DNA of 64,000 nucleotides from an uncultured Actinomycetota bacterium (GTDB lineage Bacteria; Actinomycetota; Actinomycetes; Propionibacteriales; Nocardioidaceae): NCBI GenBank assembly GCA_963723195.1, contig CAVRPU010000014.1, positions 151,922 to 215,921 of the forward strand, read 5' to 3'. Shown piece by piece: positions 56,307 to 64,000 of this stretch (position 1 is its first letter; each line of letters starts with the position of its first letter). The notes under the pieces were generated by a model. It saw only the letters and a program-made list of their open reading frames with translations, ran no database searches and was not told where the DNA came from. The position numbers and the translations under genes were made by a program.

Positions 56307-57560
56307 TTACAAGCCCAGCCCGAGCGCGGCGTCGAGGAGCCGGTGGATCTGCGGGCCGGCCGCGGGGTCCGAGGCGTCGGCCAGGTGACCGGGCGCGCCG
56401 AGAGTGGCGTCGACCCAGGCCTGCACCGCGGTGAGCGCGGATGGGGCGTCGAGGTCGTCGGCCAGGGCGGCGAGCACCGACTCGACGACGGGTACGGCCG
56501 GCGCGCCGGCGCCCAACGAGAGCGCCTTGCGCCAGGAGTCCACGGTGTCGACGGCATCCCACAAGAGCTCATCGGTCCACTCCCAGTCGGTGCGGTAGTG
56601 GTGGCGCAGCAGCACCAGCCGGATCGCCATCGGATCGACGTCGCTGTGCCGGAGGGCCGAGACGAAGACCAGGTTGCCCTTCGACTTCGACATCTTCTCC
56701 CCGTCGTACCCCACCATCCCGGCGTGGGCGTAGGTCTTCGCGAACGGCGTGCCCGGCACCGCCACCTGCGCCTCTCCGGCGCACATCTCGTGGTGCGGGA
56801 AGACCAGGTCGCTGCCGCCGGCCTGCACGTCGAAGGCCGGGCCGAGGTACTCCAGGGCCATGGCGGTGCACTCGATGTGCCATCCGGGCCGGCCCCGCCC
56901 GTACGGGCTGTCCCACGCCGGCTCGCCGGCTCGCTCGCCTCGCCACACGACGCAGTCGAGGGGGTCGCGCTTGCCCGCGCGCTCGGGATCGCCGCCGCGC
57001 TCGCCGAAGAGCTCGAGCATCCGCTCGCGGGTCCAGCCGGACACCTCCCCGAAGGCGGGGTCGGCGGTGACCGAGTAGTAGAGGTCGTCGTCGACGCGGT
57101 ACGTCGCACCTGCCGCGTCGAGCCGCTCGATCAGCGCCACCACCAGCGGGATCGACTCCACGGCACCCACGAAGTGGGCCGGCGGCACGACGCGCAGTGC
57201 GGTCATGTCCTCGCGGAACAGCTCGGTCTCCCGCTCGGCGAGCTCCACCCAGTCGATGTGCACCTTGGTGGCGCGCTCGAGCAGTGGGTCGTCGACGTCG
57301 GTGACGTTCTGGACGTAGGTGACCTCGTGGCCGGCGTTGACCCACGCCCGATGCAGGAGGTCGAAGGCGACGTAGGTAGCGGCGTGGCCCATGTGGGTGG
57401 CGTCGTAGGGCGTGATTCCGCAGACATAGAGCCGGGCCGGGCCCTCGCCAGCATCCTGGGGTCCGGCGGTCACGAGCTGCTCGGAAGCAGTGTCGTGGAG
57501 GCGCACGGGCGGACCCACCACGTCGAGACGAGGGATGTCGGGTGCCGGCCACGCGCGCAT
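56307..57560 (-). CDS. mshC: L-cysteine:1D-myo-inositol 2-amino-2-deoxy-alpha-D-glucopyranoside ligase (mycothiol biosynthesis)
   Basis: CysRS-like core with [17 protein letters not shown] (HIGH-type) and KMSKSKGN (KMSKS) but no anticodon-binding extension. 417 aa. Collinear with Mtb MshC (Rv2130c). Confidence 0.95.
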   Translation of the reverse strand: MRAWPAPDIPRLDVVGPPVRLHDTASEQLVTAGPQDAGEGPARLYVCGITPYDATHMGHAATYVAFDLLHRAWVNAGHEVTYVQNVTDVDDPLLERATKVHIDWVELAERETELFREDMTALRVVPPAHFVGAVESIPLVVALIERLDAAGATYRVDDDLYYSVTADPAFGEVSGWTRERMLELFGERGGDPERAGKRDPLDCVVWRGERAGEPAWDSPYGRGRPGWHIECTAMALEYLGPAFDVQAGGSDLVFPHHEMCAGEAQVAVPGTPFAKTYAHAGMVGYDGEKMSKSKGNLVFVSALRHSDVDPMAIRLVLLRHHYRTDWEWTDELLWDAVDTVDSWRKALSLGAGAPAVPVVESVLAALADDLDAPSALTAVQAWVDATLGAPGHLADASDPAAGPQIHRLLDAALGLGL

Positions 57561-57620
57561 GGCCGGAGTCTATTCAGGCTGGCGCCAGGCGCCGAAAGCG
57601 GACGCCTCCGACTCCGGCCA

Positions 57621-58379
57621 CTAGAACGGCGGCCACGGGATGACCGGCCAGTGGCCACCCGGCTCGGGCAGGCGGCCGCGGCGCAGCAGCCGCTCGCATC
57701 GTCCTGTGAGCGCCGCGAGCTCCGGGGGCGTCAGCAGCTCGGCGAGCCGGTCACCCAGATCGCCGCGGACCGCCTCGTGCACGGCCCCGAGGGCGTGCTT
57801 CTCCTCGGGCTGCAGGGGCTGGCCGCTCCAGCCCCAGAGCACCGTGCGGAGCTTGTGCTCCACGTGGAAGGTGACGCCGTGGTCGACCCCGTAGCGGTGG
57901 CCGTCCGTCATGGCGAGGACGTGCCCGCCCTTGCGGTCGGCGTTGTTCACCAGGGCGTCGAACACGGCCATCCGGCGCAGGGCCGCCGTGTCCTCGTGGA
58001 CCAGCGAGACGCCCCGGTCGTGCTCGTCGACCCCGTCGAAGACGTGCAGCCACCCGTCGGGCACCGCACCCTCGCGCACGAGGTCGACCGCGAGCTCCTC
58101 GTCGTCGGGCTCCTGCCAGACCTGCACCATGCCGGGGCCGTGCGGGCCGCCGCGCAGGAAGGTGTGCGGAACGACGTCCCAGCCCAGCGCCTCGGAGACG
58201 GCGTACGCCGCGACCTCGCGGCTCGCCAGCGTGCCATCGGGGAAGTCCCACAGGGGTCGCTCCCCCGCGATCGGCTTGTAGACGACCCGGACACCGTCGA
58301 TGTCGCCGACGAAGGTGGCGTTGGACGCCGGCAGCACGCGGCCGTGGAGGGTGAGCTCCCCGCCGAGAAGGTCGGTCAC
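57621..58379 (-). CDS. SCO1664-family protein (PI3/4-kinase-like fold)
   Basis: GTG 58379 overlaps the DUF3090 stop (GTGA). The product has VVYKPIAGERPLWDFPDGTLASREVAAY, AVFDALVNNADRKGGHVL, and GVDHGVTF (kinase catalytic-loop-like). Confidence 0.85.
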   Translation of the reverse strand: MTDLLGGELTLHGRVLPASNATFVGDIDGVRVVYKPIAGERPLWDFPDGTLASREVAAYAVSEALGWDVVPHTFLRGGPHGPGMVQVWQEPDDEELAVDLVREGAVPDGWLHVFDGVDEHDRGVSLVHEDTAALRRMAVFDALVNNADRKGGHVLAMTDGHRYGVDHGVTFHVEHKLRTVLWGWSGQPLQPEEKHALGAVHEAVRGDLGDRLAELLTPPELAALTGRCERLLRRGRLPEPGGHWPVIPWPPF

Positions 58380-58966
58380 TCCTCGAGGGCCGTCGGCTCA
58401 CGTCGGCGGAAGCCGTTGGCGCGGACGCACAGGTGACCGTCCGGGTCGATCGGGCCGCCGCAGAACGGGCACGTGGGGCGCCCGGCGCCGATCACCTGCT
58501 CGGCGCGCTTCACGAACGCACGAGCGGGTCCGGCCGCGATCCGCACCAGGAAGATCTCCTCCGGCTCGGGCTCCTCGAGATCCTCCCCGACCTGCTCCGG
58601 CGACACGACGGCCGCCTCGGTGAACGGGAAGACCTCGATGACGATGCGCGCATCGCCGGCGTCCCAGGAGAGCGTCATCGTGCCCGCCCGGAACTCCTCC
58701 TCGATCGGCTGCTCCAGCGGCTCGCCGTCGTCGAGGCCCAGCGGCGCGACCGCCGGGACGACCGAGGACATGCCCTCGGTCTGCATCACCTCGTCGAGCA
58801 GCTCGTCGATGCGCTCGGCGAGGGCCGCGACCTGCTGCTTCTCCAGGGCGACACTGACCACGCGCACACCGCTGCGGGCCTGCAGGAAGAAGGTGCGCTG
58901 ACCAGGAGGGCCGACGGTTCCCGCGACGAACCGCTCGGGCGGGTCGAATCCGTGGATGACCGGCAT
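58376..58966 (-). CDS. DUF3090 family protein
   Basis: ATG 58966 opens MPVIHGFDPPERFVAGTVGPPGQRTFFLQA. The C-terminus has a Zn-ribbon-like GRPTCPFCGGPIDPDGHLCVRANG. Confidence 0.85.
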   Translation of the reverse strand: MPVIHGFDPPERFVAGTVGPPGQRTFFLQARSGVRVVSVALEKQQVAALAERIDELLDEVMQTEGMSSVVPAVAPLGLDDGEPLEQPIEEEFRAGTMTLSWDAGDARIVIEVFPFTEAAVVSPEQVGEDLEEPEPEEIFLVRIAAGPARAFVKRAEQVIGAGRPTCPFCGGPIDPDGHLCVRANGFRRREPTALEE

Positions 58967-58976
58967 GTCGTCCACC

Positions 58977-59702
58977 TTAGGACGCCGTCCCAGGTCCGCT
59001 CGCCGGGCCCGCACCGCCGCCCACGACGGCGTCGGTGGCGGCCTTCCTGCGCCCGCCCCGGGCGGGCGGTTGCAGGTGGGCGAGGCTGCCTTCGGAGGTG
59101 TTGACCCCCAGCACGAAGGGCCGCGACTCGGTGTAGCGGACGATCGACAGGCTCGCGGGGTCGACGTGGATCCGCTGGAACAGGTCCAGGTGCGTGCCCA
59201 GCGCGTCGGCGAGCACCGACTTGATGACGTCGGCGTGACTGACCGCGACCCACACGGCGTTCGGCCCGTGCTCCGCCTCGACGAGAGCGTCGTGCCGCCG
59301 GACCGAGGCGACCGCGCGCTCCTGCATCGAGCGCATGGTCTCGCCGCCGGGGAACTCGACGGCGGACGGCTGGGACTGCACGACCTTCCAGAGCTTCTCC
59401 TTGGCGAGGTCCTTCAGCGCTCGGCCCTGCCAGTCTCCGTAGTCGCACTCGGTGAGCCCGCGATCGGTGAGCGGGCGCGGCCGGGCGGCCTGCGCCTTCG
59501 CGATGGCGCCCGCCGTCTGTCGGCAGCGTTCCAGCGGACTCGTCACGACCCTCGCCAGCGTGACGCCGGACAGGCGCTCCGCGGCAGCCCCGGTCTGGGC
59601 GAGCCCGGTCTCGTCGAGCCGCACGCCAGGGGCACGGCCGGCCAGGACGCCGCTGGCGTTGGCCGTCGTACGCCCGTGGCGGACGAGGATCACGGTTGCC
59701 AT
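58977..59702 (-). CDS. MSMEG_4193-family histidine phosphatase (putative phosphomutase)
   Basis: ATG 59702 opens MATVILVRHGRTTANASGVLAGR (RHG motif). The product also has SPLERCRQTA and VAVSHADVIK. Confidence 0.85.
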   Translation of the reverse strand: MATVILVRHGRTTANASGVLAGRAPGVRLDETGLAQTGAAAERLSGVTLARVVTSPLERCRQTAGAIAKAQAARPRPLTDRGLTECDYGDWQGRALKDLAKEKLWKVVQSQPSAVEFPGGETMRSMQERAVASVRRHDALVEAEHGPNAVWVAVSHADVIKSVLADALGTHLDLFQRIHVDPASLSIVRYTESRPFVLGVNTSEGSLAHLQPPARGGRRKAATDAVVGGGAGPASGPGTAS

Positions 59703-59744
59703 GTCGGGAAGGCTAGTGGGCGGCCCGGCGGCTAGCCTGATCCG

Positions 59745-60725
59745 GTGATCGTCGACAGCGCGCTCTACCGCAACGGGGTGCGCGTGGCGGTCGACTGCGG
59801 CGTCGAGGACCTGCCGCGGCTCGCCGACAAGGCGACCGAGCCCGGTGACTTCGTCTGGGTCGGGCTGCACCAGCCCGACGCCGACGAGCTCGACCAGGTG
59901 GCCGACGTGTTCAACCTGCACCCGCTCGCGGTCGAGGACGCCGTGCGGGCGCATCAGCGCCCGAAGCTCGAGCGCTACGACGACAGCCTGTTCCTCACCC
60001 TCAAGACTCTCTGGTACGTCGATGCCGAGGACGCGGTCGAGACCGGCGAGATCAACATGTTCGTCGGCGAGAACTTCGTCGTGACCGTCCGGCACGGCGA
60101 CGGCAGCAGCCTGCACAACGCCCGGTTGTCCCTGGAGGAGCGCGAGAAGGTCCTGAAGCACGGCCCGTCCGCTGTGGTCTACGCCGTGTGCGACGCGATC
60201 GTGGACCGCTACGAGGAGGTCGCGGCGCAGCTCGAGATCGACGTCGACGAGGTCGAGACGTCGGTGTTCTCCCCCGAACGCACCGACGACTCCGTGCGCA
60301 TCTACACCCTCAAGCGCGAGATCGCCGAGGTGCGCCGCGCGGTGCTGCCGCTGCGGGAGCCGATGCGCCGGTTCGCCTCGGGCCTGGTGACCGGGATCGA
60401 CCCCGACGCCGCGCCGTTCTTCCGCGACGTCTCCGACCACCTGAGCCGCACTGCGGACACCATCGACAGCCTCGACTCGCTGCTGTCGACCGCCTTCGAC
60501 GCGCACCTCGCGCGGATCTCGGTGCAGCAGAACGAGGACATGCGCAAGATCTCGGCCGGTGCCGCGATGGTGGTCTTCCCCACCCTGATCGCCGGCGTCT
60601 ACGGCATGAACTTCGAGCACATGCCGGAGCTCGGCTGGACATTCGGCTACCCGTTCGCGCTCGCGCTGATGGCAGGCACGATGCTCGGCCTCTACGCGTT
60701 CTTCAAGAGGTCCGGCTGGCTCTGA
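59745..60725 (+). CDS. corA: Magnesium/cobalt transporter CorA
   Basis: GTG 59745. It has LHPLAVEDAV, two C-terminal TM helices, and YGMNF (GMN motif). Confidence 0.9.
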   Translation: MIVDSALYRNGVRVAVDCGVEDLPRLADKATEPGDFVWVGLHQPDADELDQVADVFNLHPLAVEDAVRAHQRPKLERYDDSLFLTLKTLWYVDAEDAVETGEINMFVGENFVVTVRHGDGSSLHNARLSLEEREKVLKHGPSAVVYAVCDAIVDRYEEVAAQLEIDVDEVETSVFSPERTDDSVRIYTLKREIAEVRRAVLPLREPMRRFASGLVTGIDPDAAPFFRDVSDHLSRTADTIDSLDSLLSTAFDAHLARISVQQNEDMRKISAGAAMVVFPTLIAGVYGMNFEHMPELGWTFGYPFALALMAGTMLGLYAFFKRSGWL

Positions 60726-60731
60726 GCGGGC

Positions 60732-61556
60732 TCAGGCACTCAGGACGCCCGTGGCCAGCAGCGCCATCGTCGTGAGCCCGAGCGCGACCCGGTAGATCAC
60801 GAACGGCAGGTAGGAGTTCGTGCTGACGTAGCGCAGCAGCCAGGCGATCGCGGCGTACCCGACGATGAAGGCGACCACCGTCGCGACGATCGTCGGTCCC
60901 CAGCCGTAGCTGTTGTCGCCGTTCGGGATCTCCTTGAGCTCGAAGAGGCCCGCGCCGACCACGGCCGGGATCGCGAGCAGGAAGGCGTAGCGGGTCGCCG
61001 CCTCTCGCTGGTAGCCCAGCGCGCGCCCCATCGAGATGGTCGCCCCGCTGCGCGAGACGCCGGGGATGAGCGCCAGTGCCTGGGCCAGCCCCATCAGCAC
61101 GGCGTCGCGCAGCGAGATGTTCTTGATCGTGAGCCGGTCCGCGCTCAACCGGTCGGCGATGCCGAGCACGACGCCCATCACGACCAGCGTGGTGGCGATC
61201 AGCCAGAGGTTGCGGAAGTCGCGTTCGATGACGTCCTTGAGGAGGATGCCGAGCACCACGATCGGCAGCGATCCGATGATGATGAACCAGCCCATCCGTG
61301 CGTCCAGGTGCCCGCGCAGCTCGGGCTTCACGAGCGAGCGCAGCCACGTCGACCCGATCCGCCAGATGTCCTTGCGGAAGTAGGCGAGCACGGCGAGCTC
61401 GGTGCCGATCTGGATGACGGCCGTGAACGCCGCGCCTGGATCGCCCCAGCCGAAGAGCTCGGGAAGGATGCGCAGGTGGGCGCTGCTGGAGATCGGCAGG
61501 AACTCGGTCAGGCCCTGGATCAGTCCGAGCACCACGGCCCTCAGCAGGTCCACCAC
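60732..61556 (-). CDS. uppP: Undecaprenyl-diphosphate phosphatase
   Basis: The product has VLGLIQGLTEFLPISSSAHLRI and IPGVSRSGATI. Start GTG 61556 or 61553 is chosen so as not to overlap the divergent AKR gene; the track ORF reaches 61613. Confidence 0.9.
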   Translation of the reverse strand: MVDLLRAVVLGLIQGLTEFLPISSSAHLRILPELFGWGDPGAAFTAVIQIGTELAVLAYFRKDIWRIGSTWLRSLVKPELRGHLDARMGWFIIIGSLPIVVLGILLKDVIERDFRNLWLIATTLVVMGVVLGIADRLSADRLTIKNISLRDAVLMGLAQALALIPGVSRSGATISMGRALGYQREAATRYAFLLAIPAVVGAGLFELKEIPNGDNSYGWGPTIVATVVAFIVGYAAIAWLLRYVSTNSYLPFVIYRVALGLTTMALLATGVLSA

Positions 61557-61587
61557 GGGGCCCAACCCTAGGGATACCCTTTGCCGC

Positions 61588-62535
61588 ATGGAGCAGCGGC
61601 ACGTCGGGAGCACCGGACTTCAGGTCTCCCGGCTGGGCCTGGGCACGATGACGTGGGGTCGGGACACCGACGAGCACGAGGCCCGCGAGCAGCTGCTGTC
61701 GTTCGTCGATGCGGGCGGCACCTTCGTCGACACCGCCGCGGGGTACGCCGACGGCGACTCCGAGTCGCTGCTGGGTTCGCTCCTGGGCGACGTGGTCGCC
61801 CGCGACGACGTGGTCGTCGCGACCAAGGCGGGCATCTCGCGGCGTACCGGCGAGCGGGTCACCAACACCTCCCGCGGCCACCTGCTCACCACCCTCGACG
61901 CGTCCCTGAAGAGGCTGGGCGTCGACCACGTGGACCTCTGGCAGGTGCACGTCTGGACCGAGCCGACCCCCGTCGAGGAGACCCTCGCGGCCCTCGACAC
62001 CGCGGTGTCCTCGGGCCGCGCCGCCTACGTCGGCGTCTCGAACTACTCGGGCTGGCAGACCGCCCAGGCGGCCACCTGGCAGCGCGCCGTCCCCGGCCGG
62101 ACGCCGCTGGCGTCGACCCAGGTGGAGTACTCGCTGCTCAACCGCTCGATCGAGGCCGAGGTGCTCCCCGCCTGCGCCGCGCTCGGCCTGGGCGTCCTGC
62201 CCTGGTCGCCGCTGGGCCGCGGGGTGCTGACGGGGAAGTACCGCTCCGGCACGCCCAGCGACTCGCGGGGCGCATCGCCGATGTTCTCGTCCTTCGTGGG
62301 GACCTACCTCGACGAGCGGAGCACCCGCATCGTGGAGTCCGTCGTCCGCGCCGCGGAGGGCCTGGACTGGAGCCCGCTGGAGGTGGCGCTGGTCTGGGTG
62401 CGCGACCGGCCCGGGGTCACCGCCCCGATCGTCGGGGCCCGCACCGCCGCCCAGCTGAAGGGAGCGCTGGCCGTCGAGGAGCTGACCCTGCCCGCCGAGA
62501 TCGTCGAGGCCCTCGACGACGTGTCCCGGGCCTGA
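61588..62535 (+). CDS. Aldo/keto reductase
   Basis: ATG 61588. The product has VSRLGLGTMTWG, FVDTAAGYADGDSE, VVATKAG, HVDLWQVH, and YVGVSNYSGWQ. Confidence 0.85.
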   Translation: MEQRHVGSTGLQVSRLGLGTMTWGRDTDEHEAREQLLSFVDAGGTFVDTAAGYADGDSESLLGSLLGDVVARDDVVVATKAGISRRTGERVTNTSRGHLLTTLDASLKRLGVDHVDLWQVHVWTEPTPVEETLAALDTAVSSGRAAYVGVSNYSGWQTAQAATWQRAVPGRTPLASTQVEYSLLNRSIEAEVLPACAALGLGVLPWSPLGRGVLTGKYRSGTPSDSRGASPMFSSFVGTYLDERSTRIVESVVRAAEGLDWSPLEVALVWVRDRPGVTAPIVGARTAAQLKGALAVEELTLPAEIVEALDDVSRA

Positions 62536-62538
62536 CCG

Positions 62539-62760
62539 ATGCCCCCCGCCGTCGACCGCCGAGCGCCGTCGCGGGGGGTGGAGTGGGAGTACGAACGGCT
62601 GACGATCCCCCGCGACTTCTCCCGCAACTACGTGACCCGGCTGCTCGTCGAACGCGCCGAGCACGGCGGCTGGATCCTCGACCGTGTGCGCATCGGTCCC
62701 GACGGCATCCGGCGCGTGGTGCTGAGGCGGAAGATCATCCGGCAGGTGCGCTGGTCCTGA
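62539..62760 (+). CDS. DUF5703 family protein
   Basis: 73 aa. The product has VEWEYERLTIPRDFSRNYVTRLLVERAEHGGWILDRVRIGPDGIRRVVLRRKI. It starts 4 nt after the AKR stop. Confidence 0.7.
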   Translation: MPPAVDRRAPSRGVEWEYERLTIPRDFSRNYVTRLLVERAEHGGWILDRVRIGPDGIRRVVLRRKIIRQVRWS

Positions 62761-63004
62761 GCCGACCCGGCGCGTCGTCGACCTCTCACCCCGTCGATCC
62801 GGCGCTTCGTCGAGCTCTCACGCCGTCGATCCGGCGCTTCGTCGACGGCGGCAACTCGACGAAGCGCCGGGTCGACGCTCCATGAGGTCGAACGCGCGCC
62901 GGGTCGACGCTCCATCAGGTCGACGAAGCGCCGGGTCGACGCTGCATCAGGTCGACCGCGCGCCGGGTCGACGCGCCTTGCGCTCGACCAAGCGCCGGGT
63001 CGGG
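62761..63004. repeat. Eight contiguous 32-bp repeat units, 3 in one orientation then 5 in the other
   Basis: The core gcgccgggtcgac occurs at 62864, 62896, 62928, 62960 and (degenerate) 62992. Its reverse complement gtcga(c/t)ccggcgc occurs at 62761 (1 mismatch), 62793 and 62825. The spacing is exactly 32 bp in both arms. The array fills the whole gap between two convergent genes. Confidence 0.85.
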
Positions 63005-64000
63005 TCAGACCTGGGTGAGGAACCTGTCGAAGACCCGGGCGCCGAACGCGAGCGCGTCGGTCGGGACCCGCTCGTCGACGCCGTGGAAGAGCGCGGTGAA
63101 GTCGAGGTCGTCGGGCAGCCGCAGCGGCACGAACCCGTAGGTGCGCAGGCCCAGTCGGCCGAAGTGCTTGGCGTCGGTGCCGGCCCCCATCAGGTACGGC
63201 ACGACAAGCGCGTCGGCGTCCTCCGCGAGCAGGCAGCGGCTCATCGCGTCGACCAGCGGGCCCTCGTGTGGCATCTCCCAGGCGGGTTGGCGGCTGATGA
63301 AGTCGACCTCGATGTCGTCGCCGCAGAGCTCGGCCAGGGTGGCGAAGAACTCGTCCTCGTAGCCCGGCAGGAAGCGGCCGTCGACGTGCGCCGTCGCCTC
63401 GGTCGGGATGACGTTGACCTTGTAGCCCGCGCCGAGCATCGTCGGGTTTGCCGTGTTGCGGATGACGGCGCCGAGCATCCGCGCCGCGCTGCCGAACTCC
63501 TCGACCAGGGACTCGGCGTTGTCAGGCGTCGCCGGAGTGCCTGCGAGCTCGCCGATGCTGGCCAGCAGCACCTCCATCGCAGGCGTGAGCCGCACCGGCC
63601 ACTCGTGGGCTCCGATCCGGGCGACGGCTGCGGCCAGGGTGGTGATGGCGTTCTCGCGATTGATCATGGAGCCGTGACCGGCTCTGCCCCGCGCCGTCAG
63701 CGTCATCCAGGCCATGCCCTTCTCGGCGGCCTCGATCAGGTAGACGCGACGGCCCCGCACGGTCGCGCTGAAGCCGCCGACCTCGCCGACGGCCTCGGTG
63801 CACCCCTCGAAGAGGTCGGGGTGGTCGTCGACGAGCGGCCCGGCGCCCTTGAGCCCGCCGGCCTCCTCGTCGGCGGTGAAGCAGAGCACCAGCGGACGGT
63901 CCGGCACCGCGCCCGCGCGCGCCCGCGCCCGGACCACCGAGAGGAGCATCGCGTCGAAGTCCTTCATGTCGACGGCACCGCGGCCCCACACGTAGCCGTC
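63005..64000 (-). CDS. M20-family metallopeptidase (Rv2141c-like), 5' end outside window
   Basis: Stop 63005-63007. The product has WGRGAVDMKD, FTADEEAGG, and a dimerisation-domain region ...GHGSMINRENAI. The frame is open to the window end. Confidence 0.8.
   Translation of the reverse strand, partial: DGYVWGRGAVDMKDFDAMLLSVVRARARAGAVPDRPLVLCFTADEEAGGLKGAGPLVDDHPDLFEGCTEAVGEVGGFSATVRGRRVYLIEAAEKGMAWMTLTARGRAGHGSMINRENAITTLAAAVARIGAHEWPVRLTPAMEVLLASIGELAGTPATPDNAESLVEEFGSAARMLGAVIRNTANPTMLGAGYKVNVIPTEATAHVDGRFLPGYEDEFFATLAELCGDDIEVDFISRQPAWEMPHEGPLVDAMSRCLLAEDADALVVPYLMGAGTDAKHFGRLGLRTYGFVPLRLPDDLDFTALFHGVDERVPTDALAFGARVFDRFLTQV

Noticed and set aside
62761-63004. Possible CRISPR array.
   Set aside because: The units are contiguous with no unique spacers, and they occur in both orientations. 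There are no cas genes in the window.

Overview
Very GC-rich (about 70% by eye, not computed) actinobacterial chromosome segment. The backbone follows the gene order I recall for M. tuberculosis Rv2050-Rv2141c: rbpA, fxsA-ppm1-lnt, a 5'-3' exonuclease, helY, tatC-tatA, pafC-pafB, pafA, prcA-prcB-pup-dop, mpa, trmI, an M50 protease, a RecB-like nuclease, metH, a PAC2 protein, mshC with its kinase-like/DUF3090/phosphomutase trio, corA, uppP and an M20 peptidase. The complete Pup-proteasome system is therefore present and intact. Three accessory blocks interrupt this backbone. (i) 4.9-13.2 kb holds a lysine 2,3-/5,6-aminomutase catabolic cluster plus a DUF559/AbiEi-like gene bracketed by about 84-bp inverted repeats. 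(ii) 15.4-25.3 kb holds a roughly 10-kb SpvB + FG-GAP + RHS (fused TcB/TcC-like) toxin locus, with an unrecognised 200-aa C-terminal module and no immunity gene or TcA partner in view. (iii) 45.8-51.5 kb holds a duplication scar with a LAGLIDADG endonuclease remnant, a NarL-type two-component system, a small secreted protein, a GH15 hydrolase and a HAD hydrolase. The most striking window-wide signal is bimodal. About ten accessory genes can only be read by switching frame, some many times, while every housekeeping gene is intact, including the 3.8-kb metH and 2.8-kb helY. That means either real pseudogenisation or non-uniform indel errors in the assembly. Structured intergenic repeats are also present: 54 bp x3 between prcB and prcA, eight 32-bp units at 62.76-63.0 kb, and short tandem repeats at two stop codons. 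I saw no rRNA, tRNA or CRISPR array. All coordinates and frame calls come from manual reading and need computational confirmation.
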